A DNA stretch of 64,000 nt from Vulcanimicrobiota bacterium (lineage in GTDB: Bacteria; Vulcanimicrobiota; Vulcanimicrobiia; Eremiobacterales; Eremiobacteraceae): the NCBI GenBank assembly GCA_963805945.1, contig CAWDVP010000006.1:416001-480000 (forward strand). Reading direction: 5' to 3'. A program made the position numbers and the translations under genes. Below the pieces are notes generated by a model. That model saw only the letters and a list, made by a program, of their open reading frames with translations, ran no database searches and was not told the DNA's origin. Below are positions 1 to 10,571 of the stretch, in pieces; the first letter of the stretch is position 1; the number at the start of each line of letters is the position of its first letter.

Positions 1-262
1 TCGGCACGAGCACCGGATAGCGCACGCCCGGCCTGCGCGCGATGCGGCGCATCACGTCCTCAGCGTCGGCGAGCTGCGGGATGGCTTTCGGGCTGACGAA
101 CGACGTCGCTTCGATTACCGGCAGTCCGGCATCCGAGAGCGCGTCGATGAAACGCACCTTCACATCCGTCGGGATCTCGACGCGTTCGTTCTGCAGCCCG
201 TCGCGGGGTCCGACTTCGACGATGGTGACGCGCTTCGGCAGCGCGTCGAGCGGACGCGGCAT
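1..262 (-). CDS. hmgL: Hydroxymethylglutaryl-CoA lyase, 5' part (runs off window edge)
   Basis: Not in ORF track. Manual translation from ATG 262: [26 protein letters not shown]...[28 protein letters not shown] is the HMG-CoA lyase signature; lies downstream of liuBCD. Confidence 0.9.
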   Translation of the reverse strand, partial: MPRPLDALPKRVTIVEVGPRDGLQNERVEIPTDVKVRFIDALSDAGLPVIEATSFVSPKAIPQLADAEDVMRRIARRPGVRYPVLVP

Positions 263-335
263 GCCGCGCGATTCGTCACGGCGGCGCGCCGGACCCGCAG
301 CGGCGCCGCCGGGCGGATCGCCGCCGGCGTGCATA

Positions 336-366
336 AGAAAAGAAGCCCGATCGCTCGGGCTTCTTC
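336..366 (-). terminator. Intrinsic terminator of the 387-956 gene
   Basis: Minus strand AGAAGCCCGA-GCGA-TCGGGCTTCT followed by TTTCTTAT. Confidence 0.75.
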
Positions 367-386
367 TGCTTTCGTGTCTCCGAAGA

Positions 387-956
387 CTAGGGATTCATGT
401 AGATGTGCGTGTTCTTCGGCGGCAGCTTCGGGTTGCGCCATTTCGTGCCGTCGGCGAACGTGATGTGCAGCGGAACGCACTGCGGCAGGCCGGTGCCTAG
501 CGGGAAGGTGCTCTGCGGCACGCCGTACTTGTGCTTGATCTCCGCGTTGGGCGAGAACGTGCCGACGTCTTTGGCCTCGGCCTTGAGGATGCCGTTGGCG
601 ATGAGGCCGAACTGGACTTCGGTCATGTCTTTATGCGTGATGTTCGTCCAGTCGACGGCCATCTGCGGCTGCGTCGTCGTGTATGTCGGTTGATAGTACA
701 TCCCACCCCAGGGATCTCCCCAGCGGCCGCCGCCGTAGAAGCCGGGCGCGTAGCCCCCATAGCCGCCGCTCTGCATCACGTTCAGCGACGCGTTGCAGGA
801 GCTGACTTTGATGAGTTGTGATGCGTGAGGGACAGCCGGCGCCATCGCCGGCGCCGCCATCGCTCCCGGTGTCGGGTTCGCGCTGACGGGCATCGCTGCC
901 ACGCACACCAGGACCGCGACAAAAGTGAAGAGCGCTACTATGCGCGAGATCTGCAT
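387..956 (-). CDS. Secreted hypothetical protein with Gly/Tyr-rich segment
   Basis: ATG 956 preceded by GAGGAG; signal peptide [26 protein letters not shown]; two Cys in mature part; own terminator. Confidence 0.8.
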   Translation of the reverse strand: MQISRIVALFTFVAVLVCVAAMPVSANPTPGAMAAPAMAPAVPHASQLIKVSSCNASLNVMQSGGYGGYAPGFYGGGRWGDPWGGMYYQPTYTTTQPQMAVDWTNITHKDMTEVQFGLIANGILKAEAKDVGTFSPNAEIKHKYGVPQSTFPLGTGLPQCVPLHITFADGTKWRNPKLPPKNTHIYMNP

Positions 957-1104
957 GCAAATATCTCCTCGGTGAGCAGTATAGGATAGAAAAGCCGTTG
1001 GTCTTGTCTTTACGACCGAGTGGTGCAAATCCCGCCAAACGCGCTTTCAAAAACGGCGAACTGCGCATGCTATCGCGGCGTGGGCACCCTTGGCGACCGA
1101 GCGA

Positions 1105-3078
1105 TCAATCAGCGTTCGCCGCATCGATCTCCACCATGATGGCGCCCGCATCGACCCGATCCCCCGGCTTGACGTTCACCGCAAGCACTCGCCCGTCGTA
1201 CGGCGCGGCGACCGCATGCTCCATCTTCATCGCTTCCATGACCACGAGGACCTGACGCGCTGCGACGCGTTCGCCCGGCTTGACCTGCACCTTCACGATC
1301 GTGCCCGTCATCGGCGCGACGGCAGCGGTGGCGCCGCCATGACCGTGCGCGTGCGCGCCCGCGCGGGCGACGTCCTCGAGCGCGTCGAGCGCGAATGCGA
1401 AGCGGACCGGCGGCGTGCCGAAGCTGATCTCAATGCCGCCGGCAGTGCGCCACGCGTGAAATAATGTGACCGTTTCGCCTTCGACGAGTTCGAAAGCCGA
1501 TGCCGCGCCGGTCGCCCGCACCAACGCCTCGCGTCCGCCGCTGCGGCCGCGAAAGCCGCGGCCGTTCCAATCGCGATCGATCTCCAACGCCAGCGAAGCG
1601 GGCGCGACGAAACGCAGCTCGCGCGTCGCCGCACCGTGACGCCACGAGCCGAGCGTCTGCAACGCGCCGGCCGCGGCGATCGCCGCCGCGACGAGCGTGT
1701 CCTGCGCGGGCTGCGCTCCATCCCAATGATGCCGCTCGAGAAAGTCGGTGGCGACGTCGCCTTCGGCGAAGGACGGCTCGCTCGCCAGCCAGCGCAGGAA
1801 CTCGACATTGGAGGCGATGCCCGCCACCGCGCATTCGTCGAGCGCCGCGCGCAGCCGCCCGAGCGCTTCAGCTCGCGTGCGGCCGGACACGATGAGCTTG
1901 GCGAGCATCGGATCGTAGTCACTTGTGACCTCGCTGCCCGCCTCAACGCCGGCGTCGACGCGCACGCCGGGTCCGGACGGCATCGCGAAGCCGAGGATGC
2001 GGCCGCTTGAGGGGAGGGAGCCGTTTGCAGGATCCTCCGCGTAGATGCGCGCCTCGATGGCGTGGCCCCGCGGCACTACGTCGTGCTGTCGCAGCGCCAA
2101 CGGCTCGCCCTGTGCGACGAGGATCTGCTCTCGCACGAGATCGACGCCGGTCACCGCCTCGGTCACCGGATGCTCGACCTGAAGACGCGCGTTGACCTCG
2201 AGGAAATAGAACCCGCCGCTCGCGTCGAGCATGAACTCGACCGTGCCGGCGTTGACGTAGCCGACCGCGCTCGCGAGGCGGATCGCCGCATCGCCGAGCT
2301 GCGCGCGCAGCTCGGGCGGCACCGCGGGCGAGGGCGTCTCCTCCACGATCTTCTGGTGGCGGCGCTGCACCGAACAATCGCGTTCGTTGAGATGGATGCA
2401 TGCGCCGTGCCTGTCCGCCAGGATCTGCACCTCGACGTGCCGCGGCGCCACCAAGTATTTCTCCAAGAACACGGTCTCGTCGCCGAACGCCGCCGCCGCC
2501 TCGCGCCGCGCGCCCGCAAGCGCCTCGTCGAACTCGGCGAGGTCGCGCACGAGGCGCATCCCCTTGCCGCCACCACCGGCAGCCGCCTTGATCATCAGCG
2601 GCGCGCCGATCTTCGCGGCGTGCGCGGCAAGCGCCGTCGGGCTCTGGTCATCTCCCAGATAGCCCGGCACGGTGGCGACGCCGGCGGCGTGCGCCGCCTT
2701 TTTCGCCGCGATCTTGTCGCCGACGGCGCGCATGACGCGCCCGGGAGGCCCGACGAAGACCAGCCCGGCGTCTTCACAAGCGTCGGCAAAGGCCGGGTTC
2801 TCGGAGAGAAATCCGTAGCCGGGATGGATCGCGTCCGCGCGGGCGAGCCGCGCGGCGTCGATGACCGCGTCGATGCGCAGATAGGATTCACGAGCCGGCG
2901 CGGGGCCGATGCGCAGCGCTTCGTCGCACTCCTTGACGTGCAGCGCATCGCGATCCGCATCCGAGTAGACCGCGATCGACGCAATGCCCATGGCGCGGCA
3001 GGTGCGAGCGATCCGCACCGCGATCTCGCCGCGGTTGGCGATGAGCAGCCGCTTGATGCGTGCGCCTATGCGCGCCAC
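1105..3078 (-). CDS. liuD: 3-methylcrotonyl-CoA carboxylase alpha subunit (biotin carboxylase + biotin carrier)
   Basis: LIANRGEIA, HPGYGFLSEN, GGGGKGMR, RLQVEHPVTE, biotinylation motif EAMKM; in operon with liuB/liuC. Confidence 0.9.
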   Translation of the reverse strand: MARIGARIKRLLIANRGEIAVRIARTCRAMGIASIAVYSDADRDALHVKECDEALRIGPAPARESYLRIDAVIDAARLARADAIHPGYGFLSENPAFADACEDAGLVFVGPPGRVMRAVGDKIAAKKAAHAAGVATVPGYLGDDQSPTALAAHAAKIGAPLMIKAAAGGGGKGMRLVRDLAEFDEALAGARREAAAAFGDETVFLEKYLVAPRHVEVQILADRHGACIHLNERDCSVQRRHQKIVEETPSPAVPPELRAQLGDAAIRLASAVGYVNAGTVEFMLDASGGFYFLEVNARLQVEHPVTEAVTGVDLVREQILVAQGEPLALRQHDVVPRGHAIEARIYAEDPANGSLPSSGRILGFAMPSGPGVRVDAGVEAGSEVTSDYDPMLAKLIVSGRTRAEALGRLRAALDECAVAGIASNVEFLRWLASEPSFAEGDVATDFLERHHWDGAQPAQDTLVAAAIAAAGALQTLGSWRHGAATRELRFVAPASLALEIDRDWNGRGFRGRSGGREALVRATGAASAFELVEGETVTLFHAWRTAGGIEISFGTPPVRFAFALDALEDVARAGAHAHGHGGATAAVAPMTGTIVKVQVKPGERVAARQVLVVMEAMKMEHAVAAPYDGRVLAVNVKPGDRVDAGAIMVEIDAANAD

Positions 3079-3845
3079 GAAGGATCGCGCTTTTCGAGGA
3101 ACGCGCGCAGGCCTTCTTGCCCCTCGTCGCTCGTGCGCTGGTTGGCGAGTTTACGGGCGGTCCATGCGGCGACATCGCCTGGCGCCAGCCGCCCGACGTT
3201 GAGCGCGATCTCCTTCGCCACCCGCGTGGCCGACGGCCCGGCGCTCAACACCTCGGCGACGATCGCCGCCACCGCGGCGTCGAGGCCGGCGAGCGGCACG
3301 ACGTCGTGCACCAAACCGATGCGCTGGGCGCGCGCCGCGTCGAACTTCTCACCGGTGGTGAAGAGCGCGCGGGCGTGGGTCTCGCCGATCTTGGCGATGA
3401 CGAACGGCGAGATGACGGCCGGCACGATGCCGAGCTTGACCTCGGTGAAGCCGAAGACAGCATCGTCGGCCGCGACCACGCGATCGCACGCAGCGCACGC
3501 GCCGGCACCCCCGCCCAGCGCGGCTCCCTGCACGCGGGCGATGACCGGCACCGGACAGCTGTTCACCGCGTGCATCATGCCGGCGAGTTTCAACGAGTCG
3601 TCGAGGTTCTGCTCGCGCGTCATGCCGAGGCTCTTCTGCATGTAGCTGACCTCGGCGCCGCCGCAGAACACCGTCCCCTCGCCGGCGAGCACCACCACTC
3701 GCAGCGTCTCATCGGTGTGGAGCTTTTCAAACGTGCTGCGCACAAGCGCGATCATCACGTCGTCAAACGCATTGCGCTTGTCCGGCCGGTTCAAGGTCAC
3801 GCGCGCCACGCCGCCGTCGCGGACGACCGTCACGAAATCTGCCAT
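3066..3845 (-). CDS. liuC: Enoyl-CoA hydratase family, probable methylglutaconyl-CoA hydratase
   Basis: LNRPDKRNAF, GAALGGGAG, FTEVKLGIVPAVISPFV; between the MCC subunits. Confidence 0.85.
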   Translation of the reverse strand: MADFVTVVRDGGVARVTLNRPDKRNAFDDVMIALVRSTFEKLHTDETLRVVVLAGEGTVFCGGAEVSYMQKSLGMTREQNLDDSLKLAGMMHAVNSCPVPVIARVQGAALGGGAGACAACDRVVAADDAVFGFTEVKLGIVPAVISPFVIAKIGETHARALFTTGEKFDAARAQRIGLVHDVVPLAGLDAAVAAIVAEVLSAGPSATRVAKEIALNVGRLAPGDVAAWTARKLANQRTSDEGQEGLRAFLEKRDPSWRA

Positions 3846-3863
3846 GATCTTCTTCTTCTCCTA

Positions 3864-3888
3864 CGGTCGAATGAATTCGACCGCTACA
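3864..3888 (-). repeat. GTAG-family REP-like palindrome overlapping the liuB stop codon
   Basis: Minus: TGTAG-CGGTCGAA-TTCA-TTCGACCG; identical to copy at 20801-20825. Confidence 0.8.
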
Positions 3889-5491
3889 TCCTAAAGACGC
3901 CGAACTTCGTCGGCGTGCGCGGCGCGTTCGCCGCCGCCGCGATGCCCAACGCCAGCACCTGGCGCGTATCCGCCGGATCGATGATGCCATCATCCCAAAG
4001 CCGCGCGGTGCTGTAGTAGGGATTGCCTTCGGCCTCGTACCGCTCGAGGATGGGCCGCATGAATTCCTCGCGCTCGGCCGCGGACATGCTCTTGCCCTTC
4101 GCTTCGAGCGCTTCGAGACGCACGGTGAGCAGCACGTTGGCGGCCTGCGGGCCGCCCATCACCGAGATGCGCGCGTTCGGCCACATCCAGAGCTGCCGCG
4201 GCGAATACGCGCGACCGCACATGCCGTAGTTGCCGGCGCCGAACGAACCGCCGATGATCACCGTGAACTTCGGCACTTGCGCGTTGGCGACCGCCATGAC
4301 CAGCTTCGCGCCGTCTTTGGCGATGCCGCCCTCCTCGTATTGCTTGCCCACCATGAAGCCGGTGATGTTCTGCAAGAAGACCAGCGGCACGCCGCGCTGG
4401 CAGCACAGCTCGATGAAGTGGGTCCCTTTGAGCGCGCTTTGCGAGAAGAGGATGCCGTTGTTGGCGAGGATGCCGACCGGCTGGCCTTCGATGTGCGCGA
4501 ATCCGCAGACCAGCGTCTCGCCGTAGAGCGCCTTGAACTCGTGGAACTCGCTCGCGTCGACGAGCCGCGCGATGACTTCGCGCACCTCATACGGCTTGCG
4601 CCAATCGCGCTGGACGACGCCGTACAGCTCCTGTGCGTCGTATTTCGGCGGCCGCGGCTCGCGGACGCGCCACGGCGCGCGCGTGCGGCGGTTGAGATTC
4701 GCGACGATCTCGCGGCAGATCGCCAGCGCATGGCGATCGTCGAGCGCATAGTGGTCGGTGACGCCGGAGATGCGCGCATGCACGTCTGCGCCGCCGAGCT
4801 CCTCGGCGCTCACGATCTCGCCGGTCGCGGCCTTGACGAGCGGCGGGCCGCCGAGAAAGATCGTGCCCTGGCCCTTCACGATGATCGACTCGTCGGACAT
4901 CGCGGGGACATACGCGCCGCCCGCCGTGCACGAGCCCATCACCGCCGCGATCTGCGGGATGCCTTTCGCCGACATCTGCGCCTGGTTGTAGAAGATCCGG
5001 CCGAAGTGCTCGCGGTCGGGGAACACCTGGTCTTGCAGCGGCAAGAACGCGCCGCCCGAGTCGACCAGATAGATGCACGGCAGATGGTTCTGCTCGGCGA
5101 TCTCCTGCGCGCGCAGATGCTTCTTGACGGTGAGCGGGAAGTAGGTGCCGCCCTTGACGGTCGCGTCGTTGGCGACGATCACGCACATCGCGCCCTCGAC
5201 GACGCCCAGGCCGGTCACGATGCCCGCGCTCGGCGCATCGCCGTCGTACATATCCCACGCGGCGAGCGCCGAAAACTCGAGGAACGGCGACTGCGGGTCG
5301 AGCAGCAGGGCGATGCGTTCGCGCACCGGCAGCTTGCCGCGCGCGGTGTGCTTCGCCATCGCCTCGGAGCCGCCGCCCGCGGCGACGTGCGCCTGCCGCT
5401 CGCGCAGCTGCTCGAGCAGCGACACGAAATGCTCGCGATTCTTCGCGAACTCCGGATGCGAGGTATCGACCCGCGATTCTATGACGGCCAT
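3884..5491 (-). CDS. liuB: 3-methylcrotonyl-CoA carboxylase beta subunit (carboxyltransferase)
   Basis: [37 protein letters not shown], ends FGVFRM; start trimmed to MAVIESRVD at 5491. Confidence 0.93.
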   Translation of the reverse strand: MAVIESRVDTSHPEFAKNREHFVSLLEQLRERQAHVAAGGGSEAMAKHTARGKLPVRERIALLLDPQSPFLEFSALAAWDMYDGDAPSAGIVTGLGVVEGAMCVIVANDATVKGGTYFPLTVKKHLRAQEIAEQNHLPCIYLVDSGGAFLPLQDQVFPDREHFGRIFYNQAQMSAKGIPQIAAVMGSCTAGGAYVPAMSDESIIVKGQGTIFLGGPPLVKAATGEIVSAEELGGADVHARISGVTDHYALDDRHALAICREIVANLNRRTRAPWRVREPRPPKYDAQELYGVVQRDWRKPYEVREVIARLVDASEFHEFKALYGETLVCGFAHIEGQPVGILANNGILFSQSALKGTHFIELCCQRGVPLVFLQNITGFMVGKQYEEGGIAKDGAKLVMAVANAQVPKFTVIIGGSFGAGNYGMCGRAYSPRQLWMWPNARISVMGGPQAANVLLTVRLEALEAKGKSMSAAEREEFMRPILERYEAEGNPYYSTARLWDDGIIDPADTRQVLALGIAAAANAPRTPTKFGVFRM

Positions 5492-5558
5492 CGGGCCACT
5501 CCACTTAACCCATGCAAGGGACGGCGCCTGCTCGGGGCCAACGGACCATAGCACCGCT

Positions 5559-6434
5559 ATGACAAGCGTTTTCGAATGCGTCCCCAACGTCTCCGAAGGA
5601 CGGCGTGCCGACGTGATCCAGGCTATCGCCGCCGCGGCCGCGGGGCCTGACGTCGTCTTGCTCGACACGCAAAGCGATGCCGCCCATAACCGCTCGGTGT
5701 TCACGCTCGTCGGCAGCGGTGACGGAGTGCTCGCCGCAGCGGTCCGTCTGGCCGGCGCCGCGGTCGAGCGCATCGACCTGCGCGCGCATACGGGCGAGCA
5801 TCCGCGCATGGGCGCGGTCGACGTCATCCCCTTCATCCCGATCGGCGCTGCGAGCATGGACGATGCCGTGCAACTCGCACGGCGCTGCGCGGAGCAGCTG
5901 TGGGAGCGCTATCGTCTTCCTTCTTATTACTACGAGTTCGCCGCGACGCGGCCGGAACGTCGCGATCTCGCGAGCGTGCGCAAGGGCCAGTTCGAGGGGC
6001 TGCTGACCGCGGTCAAGGAGCCGGCGCGGCAGCCGGACGTCGGCGATCCCGCGTTGCACGAGAGCGCGGGCATCGTCGCGGTGGGCGCGCGCAATTTCCT
6101 CATCGCCTTCAATGTGGATCTGGCCACGCCCGATCTCGCGCTCGCCGAGCGGCTGGCGCTCGCAGTACGCCGGCGCAGCGGCGGGCTGGCAGGCATCAAG
6201 GCGCTCGGCTTCGCGCTGTCCGAGTCGGTCGTGCAGGTCTCGATGAACGTCGTCGACGTCAACGCCATCCCGCTCTATCGCGTGACCGAGCTCATCCGCC
6301 GTGAGGCCGCGGCCGCCGGTGTCGCGGTGAAGAACTGCGAGTTGGTCGGCCTGTCGCCGCTGGCGGCGATCGCCCAGTCCGCCGCGTACTACCTCCATCT
6401 CGATTCGATCGACAGCCGCTCGATCACGTGGTAG
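5559..6434 (+). CDS. ftcd: Glutamate formimidoyltransferase
   Basis: [36 protein letters not shown]; adjacent to hutI. Confidence 0.92.
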   Translation: MTSVFECVPNVSEGRRADVIQAIAAAAAGPDVVLLDTQSDAAHNRSVFTLVGSGDGVLAAAVRLAGAAVERIDLRAHTGEHPRMGAVDVIPFIPIGAASMDDAVQLARRCAEQLWERYRLPSYYYEFAATRPERRDLASVRKGQFEGLLTAVKEPARQPDVGDPALHESAGIVAVGARNFLIAFNVDLATPDLALAERLALAVRRRSGGLAGIKALGFALSESVVQVSMNVVDVNAIPLYRVTELIRREAAAAGVAVKNCELVGLSPLAAIAQSAAYYLHLDSIDSRSITW

Positions 6435-7699
6435 ACGCGCCCGGACCTGGCTCATCCTATATGGTCGTCAATGCGACGCTGGTGACCATGGCCCCGCTAG
6501 CCGCGCGCGCGGACGGCGACGCACAAGTCACCGATGACGATCTCGGCATCGTCGCTGCGGGGACCATCGTGGTGCGCGACGGCATCATCGCCTCCGTCGG
6601 CGAGTTTTTCACGTCTGTAGTGCCCGAGCGAAGCTCGGGTGTGGATGACCTGCTCGTGCACGACGCGGGCGGCCGCGTCGTCATGCCGGGCCTGGTCGAC
6701 GCGCACACGCACGCGCTTTTCGCAGGCGATCGCGTCGCCGACTTCGAGTCGATGGCGCGCGGCGAGAAACCCGCCTTGGGGATCGCGTACACCGTGGAGC
6801 AGACGCGCGCGCTCGATTGCGATGGGCTTGTGGCGCTCGGCCACGCGCGATTGGCGGCGATGCTCGCGCACGGCACCACGACTGCGGAGGTGAAGACCGG
6901 CTACGCGCTCACCGCCACAGGCGAAGCGACGATGCTGCGCGCGCTCGCGCTATTGGACGCCGGTGCCAGCCTGCCGCATATCATCGCCACCTTTTGCGGC
7001 GCACACGCGCTGCCGCCGGAGTTCACCTCCTACGACGCGTTCGTCGACGAACTGGTCGAACGCATCCTCCCTGCGGCCGCGGACACCGGCGTCGCTCGCT
7101 TCGCGGACGCGTTCTGCGAGCAGGGTTACTTCACGCCTGAGCAGAGCCGCCGCTTCCTGGTCGCATGCAAAGCCCGCGGAATGCAACTGCGCCTGCACGC
7201 CGATGAGCTCAGCGCCGGCGGCGGCGCAGCTCTAGCCGCCGAGTTGCGTTGCCTTTCTGCGGACCACCTCAACTACGTCGACGCCGCCGACATCGCGGCG
7301 CTGCGCGCGAGCGGCACGATCGCCGTGCTCTGCCCCGCTACGGCGCAATACCTCGGTCTGCCGCGCTACGCGCCGGCGCGCGATCTGATCGCGGCGGGCG
7401 TTCCGGTGGCCGTCGCCACCGACTTCAATCCCGGCACGTGCCCGTGCTACTCGCTGCAGGAAGCCGCGCACCTCGCACGGCGTCACATGCGCATGAGCGC
7501 GGCAGAAGTGCTCGCCGGCGTCACTGTCAACGCGGCGCGCTCGCTCGATGCCGCCGGCGTCGCAGGCTGTCTCGCGCCCGGCCGTCCAGCCGACATCGTC
7601 ATGCTCGAGACGCGCGATCTGCGCGAGTTCGGCTACTACTTCGGCGTCAACCTGGTGCGCTGGGCGTCGCTCGGCAAGAGGGGACGAAATGTCGCTTGA
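6428..7699 (+). CDS. hutI: Imidazolonepropionase
   Basis: PGLVDAHTH, GTTTAEVKTGY, DAFCE, LHADEL, SADHL, VATDFNPG. Confidence 0.9.
   Translation: MVDAPGPGSSYMVVNATLVTMAPLAARADGDAQVTDDDLGIVAAGTIVVRDGIIASVGEFFTSVVPERSSGVDDLLVHDAGGRVVMPGLVDAHTHALFAGDRVADFESMARGEKPALGIAYTVEQTRALDCDGLVALGHARLAAMLAHGTTTAEVKTGYALTATGEATMLRALALLDAGASLPHIIATFCGAHALPPEFTSYDAFVDELVERILPAAADTGVARFADAFCEQGYFTPEQSRRFLVACKARGMQLRLHADELSAGGGAALAAELRCLSADHLNYVDAADIAALRASGTIAVLCPATAQYLGLPRYAPARDLIAAGVPVAVATDFNPGTCPCYSLQEAAHLARRHMRMSAAEVLAGVTVNAARSLDAAGVAGCLAPGRPADIVMLETRDLREFGYYFGVNLVRWASLGKRGRNVA
6616..6639 (+). repeat. REP-like palindrome in frame within hutI
   Basis: TGTAG-TG-CCCGAGC-GAA-GCTCGGG; near-identical intergenic copy at 63683. 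Confidence 0.75.
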
Positions 7700-8270
7700 G
7701 CTCGTCAACACCATCGCCGCGCTTTCGACGACCGCGGTCATCACCGCGACGGCGGTCGCCGCGCTCGCGCAGCTGCGGCATCTGCGCGCAGGCAATCAGA
7801 TCAGCGGGTTCCTGACGCTGCGCACGATGCTCGATGACGACGCCCACCAGCGTGCGCTCGCGATCCTCCAGCGCGAGGGCGACCTGGCGCAAGACGCAGG
7901 ATTTCGCGCATACGCGGCTGCGGTGTTCGCAGGGACGGCATCGGACCACGAACGATTCCGCGAGCTGCGCGCGGCGGTCTCGATGCTCGGCAACTCCTTC
8001 GAAGTCATGGGGACGCTCGTGCGCAACGGCGTCGTCGATCGACGCATGTTCCTCGAGCAGTACTGCGGGACCATCAGCGGCATGTGGCGGCGGCTCGAGC
8101 ATTACATCGCGATGGAGCGCCAGATCCAGCACGACGACGGGATCTGGGAGGATTTCGAGTACCTCGCCGCGCTCTCCAAAGCATTTCTCATCGAGCATCC
8201 GAGCGTGTATCCGCACGGCTTGGCACGAATGCTGCCGAGCTATCAGGCCGACCCGGCCCCACCGGATTGA
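7689..8270 (+). CDS. DUF4760-like single-TM protein (paralog 1)
   Basis: MSLELVNTIAA...AQLRHLRAGNQ, WEDFEYL, HPSVYP; motifs shared with five other copies; 11-nt overlap with hutI. Family name from recall. Confidence 0.8.
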   Translation: MSLELVNTIAALSTTAVITATAVAALAQLRHLRAGNQISGFLTLRTMLDDDAHQRALAILQREGDLAQDAGFRAYAAAVFAGTASDHERFRELRAAVSMLGNSFEVMGTLVRNGVVDRRMFLEQYCGTISGMWRRLEHYIAMERQIQHDDGIWEDFEYLAALSKAFLIEHPSVYPHGLARMLPSYQADPAPPD

Positions 8271-8346
8271 AATCGGGGCATTTCGAGGCCCTTTTCCACC
8301 CGCGCTGCGTTTGGAATTCGATCTGGAGGGTATTTCCGTGGTGTGA

Positions 8347-8772
8347 GTGGTGATGCACGCGACGGACCCTAACAGTTTTCACGCCCACTATCCGAGCGCC
8401 TATCGTTCCGCGGTCGAGGCCCGCCACGCGGTCGCCGATTTCGCGATCGATTGCGGCTTCGACCTCGCCGACACCGGCGACATCGCCCTGGCGGTCGGCG
8501 AGGCGTTCAATAACGCGGCCGAACATGGCCACCGCGACGCCGGTCAGATCCTCCTGCGGTGCTCGTTCGACGGCGTCGACCTCGCGGTCACCGTGGCTGA
8601 CAGCGGCTGCGGTTTCGACGTGCGTCATGTCGACCGGGCGCGAGGGGACCGCGGTAAGAGCGACCGTGGCCTTGGGATCTTTCTGATGCAGACGCTGATG
8701 GACAGCGTCGAGTACGACGGCTCCGGCACCGGCACTACGGTTCGGCTCGTCAAACGCCGCCAGCGCGGCTAG
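8347..8772 (+). CDS. Anti-sigma factor/Ser-Thr kinase-like ATP-binding protein (RsbW-like HATPase_c_2)
   Basis: IALAVGEAFNNAAEHG, VADSGCGFD, RGLGIFLMQTLMDSVEY, GTTVRL. Confidence 0.88.
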   Translation: MVMHATDPNSFHAHYPSAYRSAVEARHAVADFAIDCGFDLADTGDIALAVGEAFNNAAEHGHRDAGQILLRCSFDGVDLAVTVADSGCGFDVRHVDRARGDRGKSDRGLGIFLMQTLMDSVEYDGSGTGTTVRLVKRRQRG

Positions 8773-8781
8773 GCGTCTCCG

Positions 8782-10024
8782 CTACGCGACAAGCGAAGCG
8801 AAGCGCGCTTTGAAGTCCGCTGGCGCCAAGCCTGATGTCCTTGCGAGCTCCTCGAGGCGCGGTGACTCGAAGTCGCCGGGTTCCAGCCGGATCATATACT
8901 TGCGCGCGACCTCATAGGACTCGGTCGCGGTGTCCACGACGCGCACACTGATCCGGCCGGTGCTCGGGTCGATCATGTCCGACAAGGTGACCGGCACGAC
9001 GCGCCCACCGCGCAGCGCGATCATCGCGCCCGAGCCGCCGCCCATGAGGTAGCGGACGGCGCCATAGCCCAGCGTGCGCGTGTACTCGACGTCGAACGCG
9101 ACCGGCTTCGCGCAGCGCAGTTCGTAGCCGATCTCTTTCTTCACCACCGTCGCCGCGAAGCCGAGTCCTTCGAGCCGCTGACGCACGAAGCCGCGCACCG
9201 CGTCGCCGACGTCGAGGTCGCTGATGCGGATGTGGCCGTATTCGATCGCGCGGCACGTTCTTGAGCCCTTCGAGCGCGCGCTCGTCGAGCCGCTCGACCA
9301 CGCCCTCCGCGACGATCGCGACGCCGTGGTCGTGTCCCATCCAGCGCCGCTTGATCATGCTGCCGATGATGATGTCGGCGATCTGCTCGAGCGAGACGTT
9401 CGCGCCCGAGAACTCCTCCGGGATGATCGCCAGCGTGCCGCCGGCCGCCTTGCATATGCCGAGGGCCAGCGCGCCGGACTTGCGGCCCATGCACACGGCC
9501 GCGTACCAGCGCGTCGTGGTCTTGGCGTCCTCCATGAGGCTCTCGACGATGGCTGCGCCCACCGCCCGCGCCGTTTCGAACCCGAAGGTCGGCATGTTCT
9601 CGGGCAGCGGCAGATCATTGTCGATCGTCTTCGGGACCGTCACCACTTTGACGTCGCCGCCTGCGGCTTCCGCTATTTTGGCGGCGCCGTAGGTCGTGTC
9701 GTCGCCGCCGATGCACAACAGGTCCGTGATGCCGAGCGCTGTGAGGCTGCGGACGCAGTTCTTCAGCGACGCCTCATCTTTGGCCGGATTCGTGCGCGAC
9801 GTGCGCAGGATCGAACCGCCGGTCCAATGGATGCGGCTCACGTCGTCGATGTGCAGCTCGACGGCGTGCTTCGCGTCGCCGCCAGCCAGCCATTGAAACC
9901 CGTCATAGATGCCGAGGACGCGACAGCCCTCATTGATCGCTTCGATCGTGGCGGCGGCGATGACGCCGTTGATGCCCGGTGCCGGCCCGCCGCCCACCAA
10001 GATGCCTAAGGTGCGCGTGCTCAT
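8782..10024 (-). pseudogene. pfkA: Probable PPi-dependent phosphofructokinase with one extra base near 9245 (possibly a sequencing error)
   Basis: GGGPAPG, IGGDDT, PKTIDND, MGR in 8912-10024 frame; C-terminus (EYGHIR...GYELRC) continues in the 8782-9198 frame after CGC GAT C GAA TAC. Confidence 0.85.
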
Positions 10025-10028
10025 GGGT

Positions 10029-10571
10029 TCATTCCGTCGCGTCGTTCGTCAGATCCGCCATGCGCGGCACGCTCTTGGGATACGAGCCGGCCGGATGTGC
10101 CCGCATCCACAGCTTTCCTCTTACGGCTATGTATTCGAAATTCTCGTAGACCGATGGACCGTTGACCTCGCGCATGAGCTTGACGCTCGGCCAGACAAGC
10201 TCCCACATCGTCGACACCTGCCAGGACGTGGTGTCCATCAGAGCCGCCTCGTCGATCAATCCGTACTTGAGAAACGATCCGATCTGCTCCCACCAATCGC
10301 ACACGTGCAGTTCAAGATGGACGTGCCGGTCGGCATGGCCGTAGTCAGCGCGGAACTGCGGATCTTTCATCCGCTCGGCGAGGTCACGCCGGACGAAGCT
10401 TATGTACTCTTGCAACTGCGGATCTTTCCATTGTTCCAGGATGGCGAGCAGCGCCGCGAGCTGGTTGCTCGCCCGCAGGTGGCGCAATTGGATCAGTGCC
10501 GCGATCGCAGTGGTGGAGATCACAGCGAGCGTGCCGATAGCCGCGAATGCGGTGAGCGCCTCGTAGCTCAT
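10029..10571 (-). CDS. DUF4760-like single-TM protein (array copy 4)
   Basis: MSYEALTAFAAIGT...QLRHLRASNQ, DWWEQIG, YENFEY, HPAGSYP; ATGA overlap with upstream copy. Confidence 0.82.
   Translation of the reverse strand: MSYEALTAFAAIGTLAVISTTAIAALIQLRHLRASNQLAALLAILEQWKDPQLQEYISFVRRDLAERMKDPQFRADYGHADRHVHLELHVCDWWEQIGSFLKYGLIDEAALMDTTSWQVSTMWELVWPSVKLMREVNGPSVYENFEYIAVRGKLWMRAHPAGSYPKSVPRMADLTNDATE

Noticed and set aside
9235..9255. Programmed ribosomal frameshift in pfk
   Set aside because: No slippery sequence or clear stimulator; two other similar indels point to sequence error
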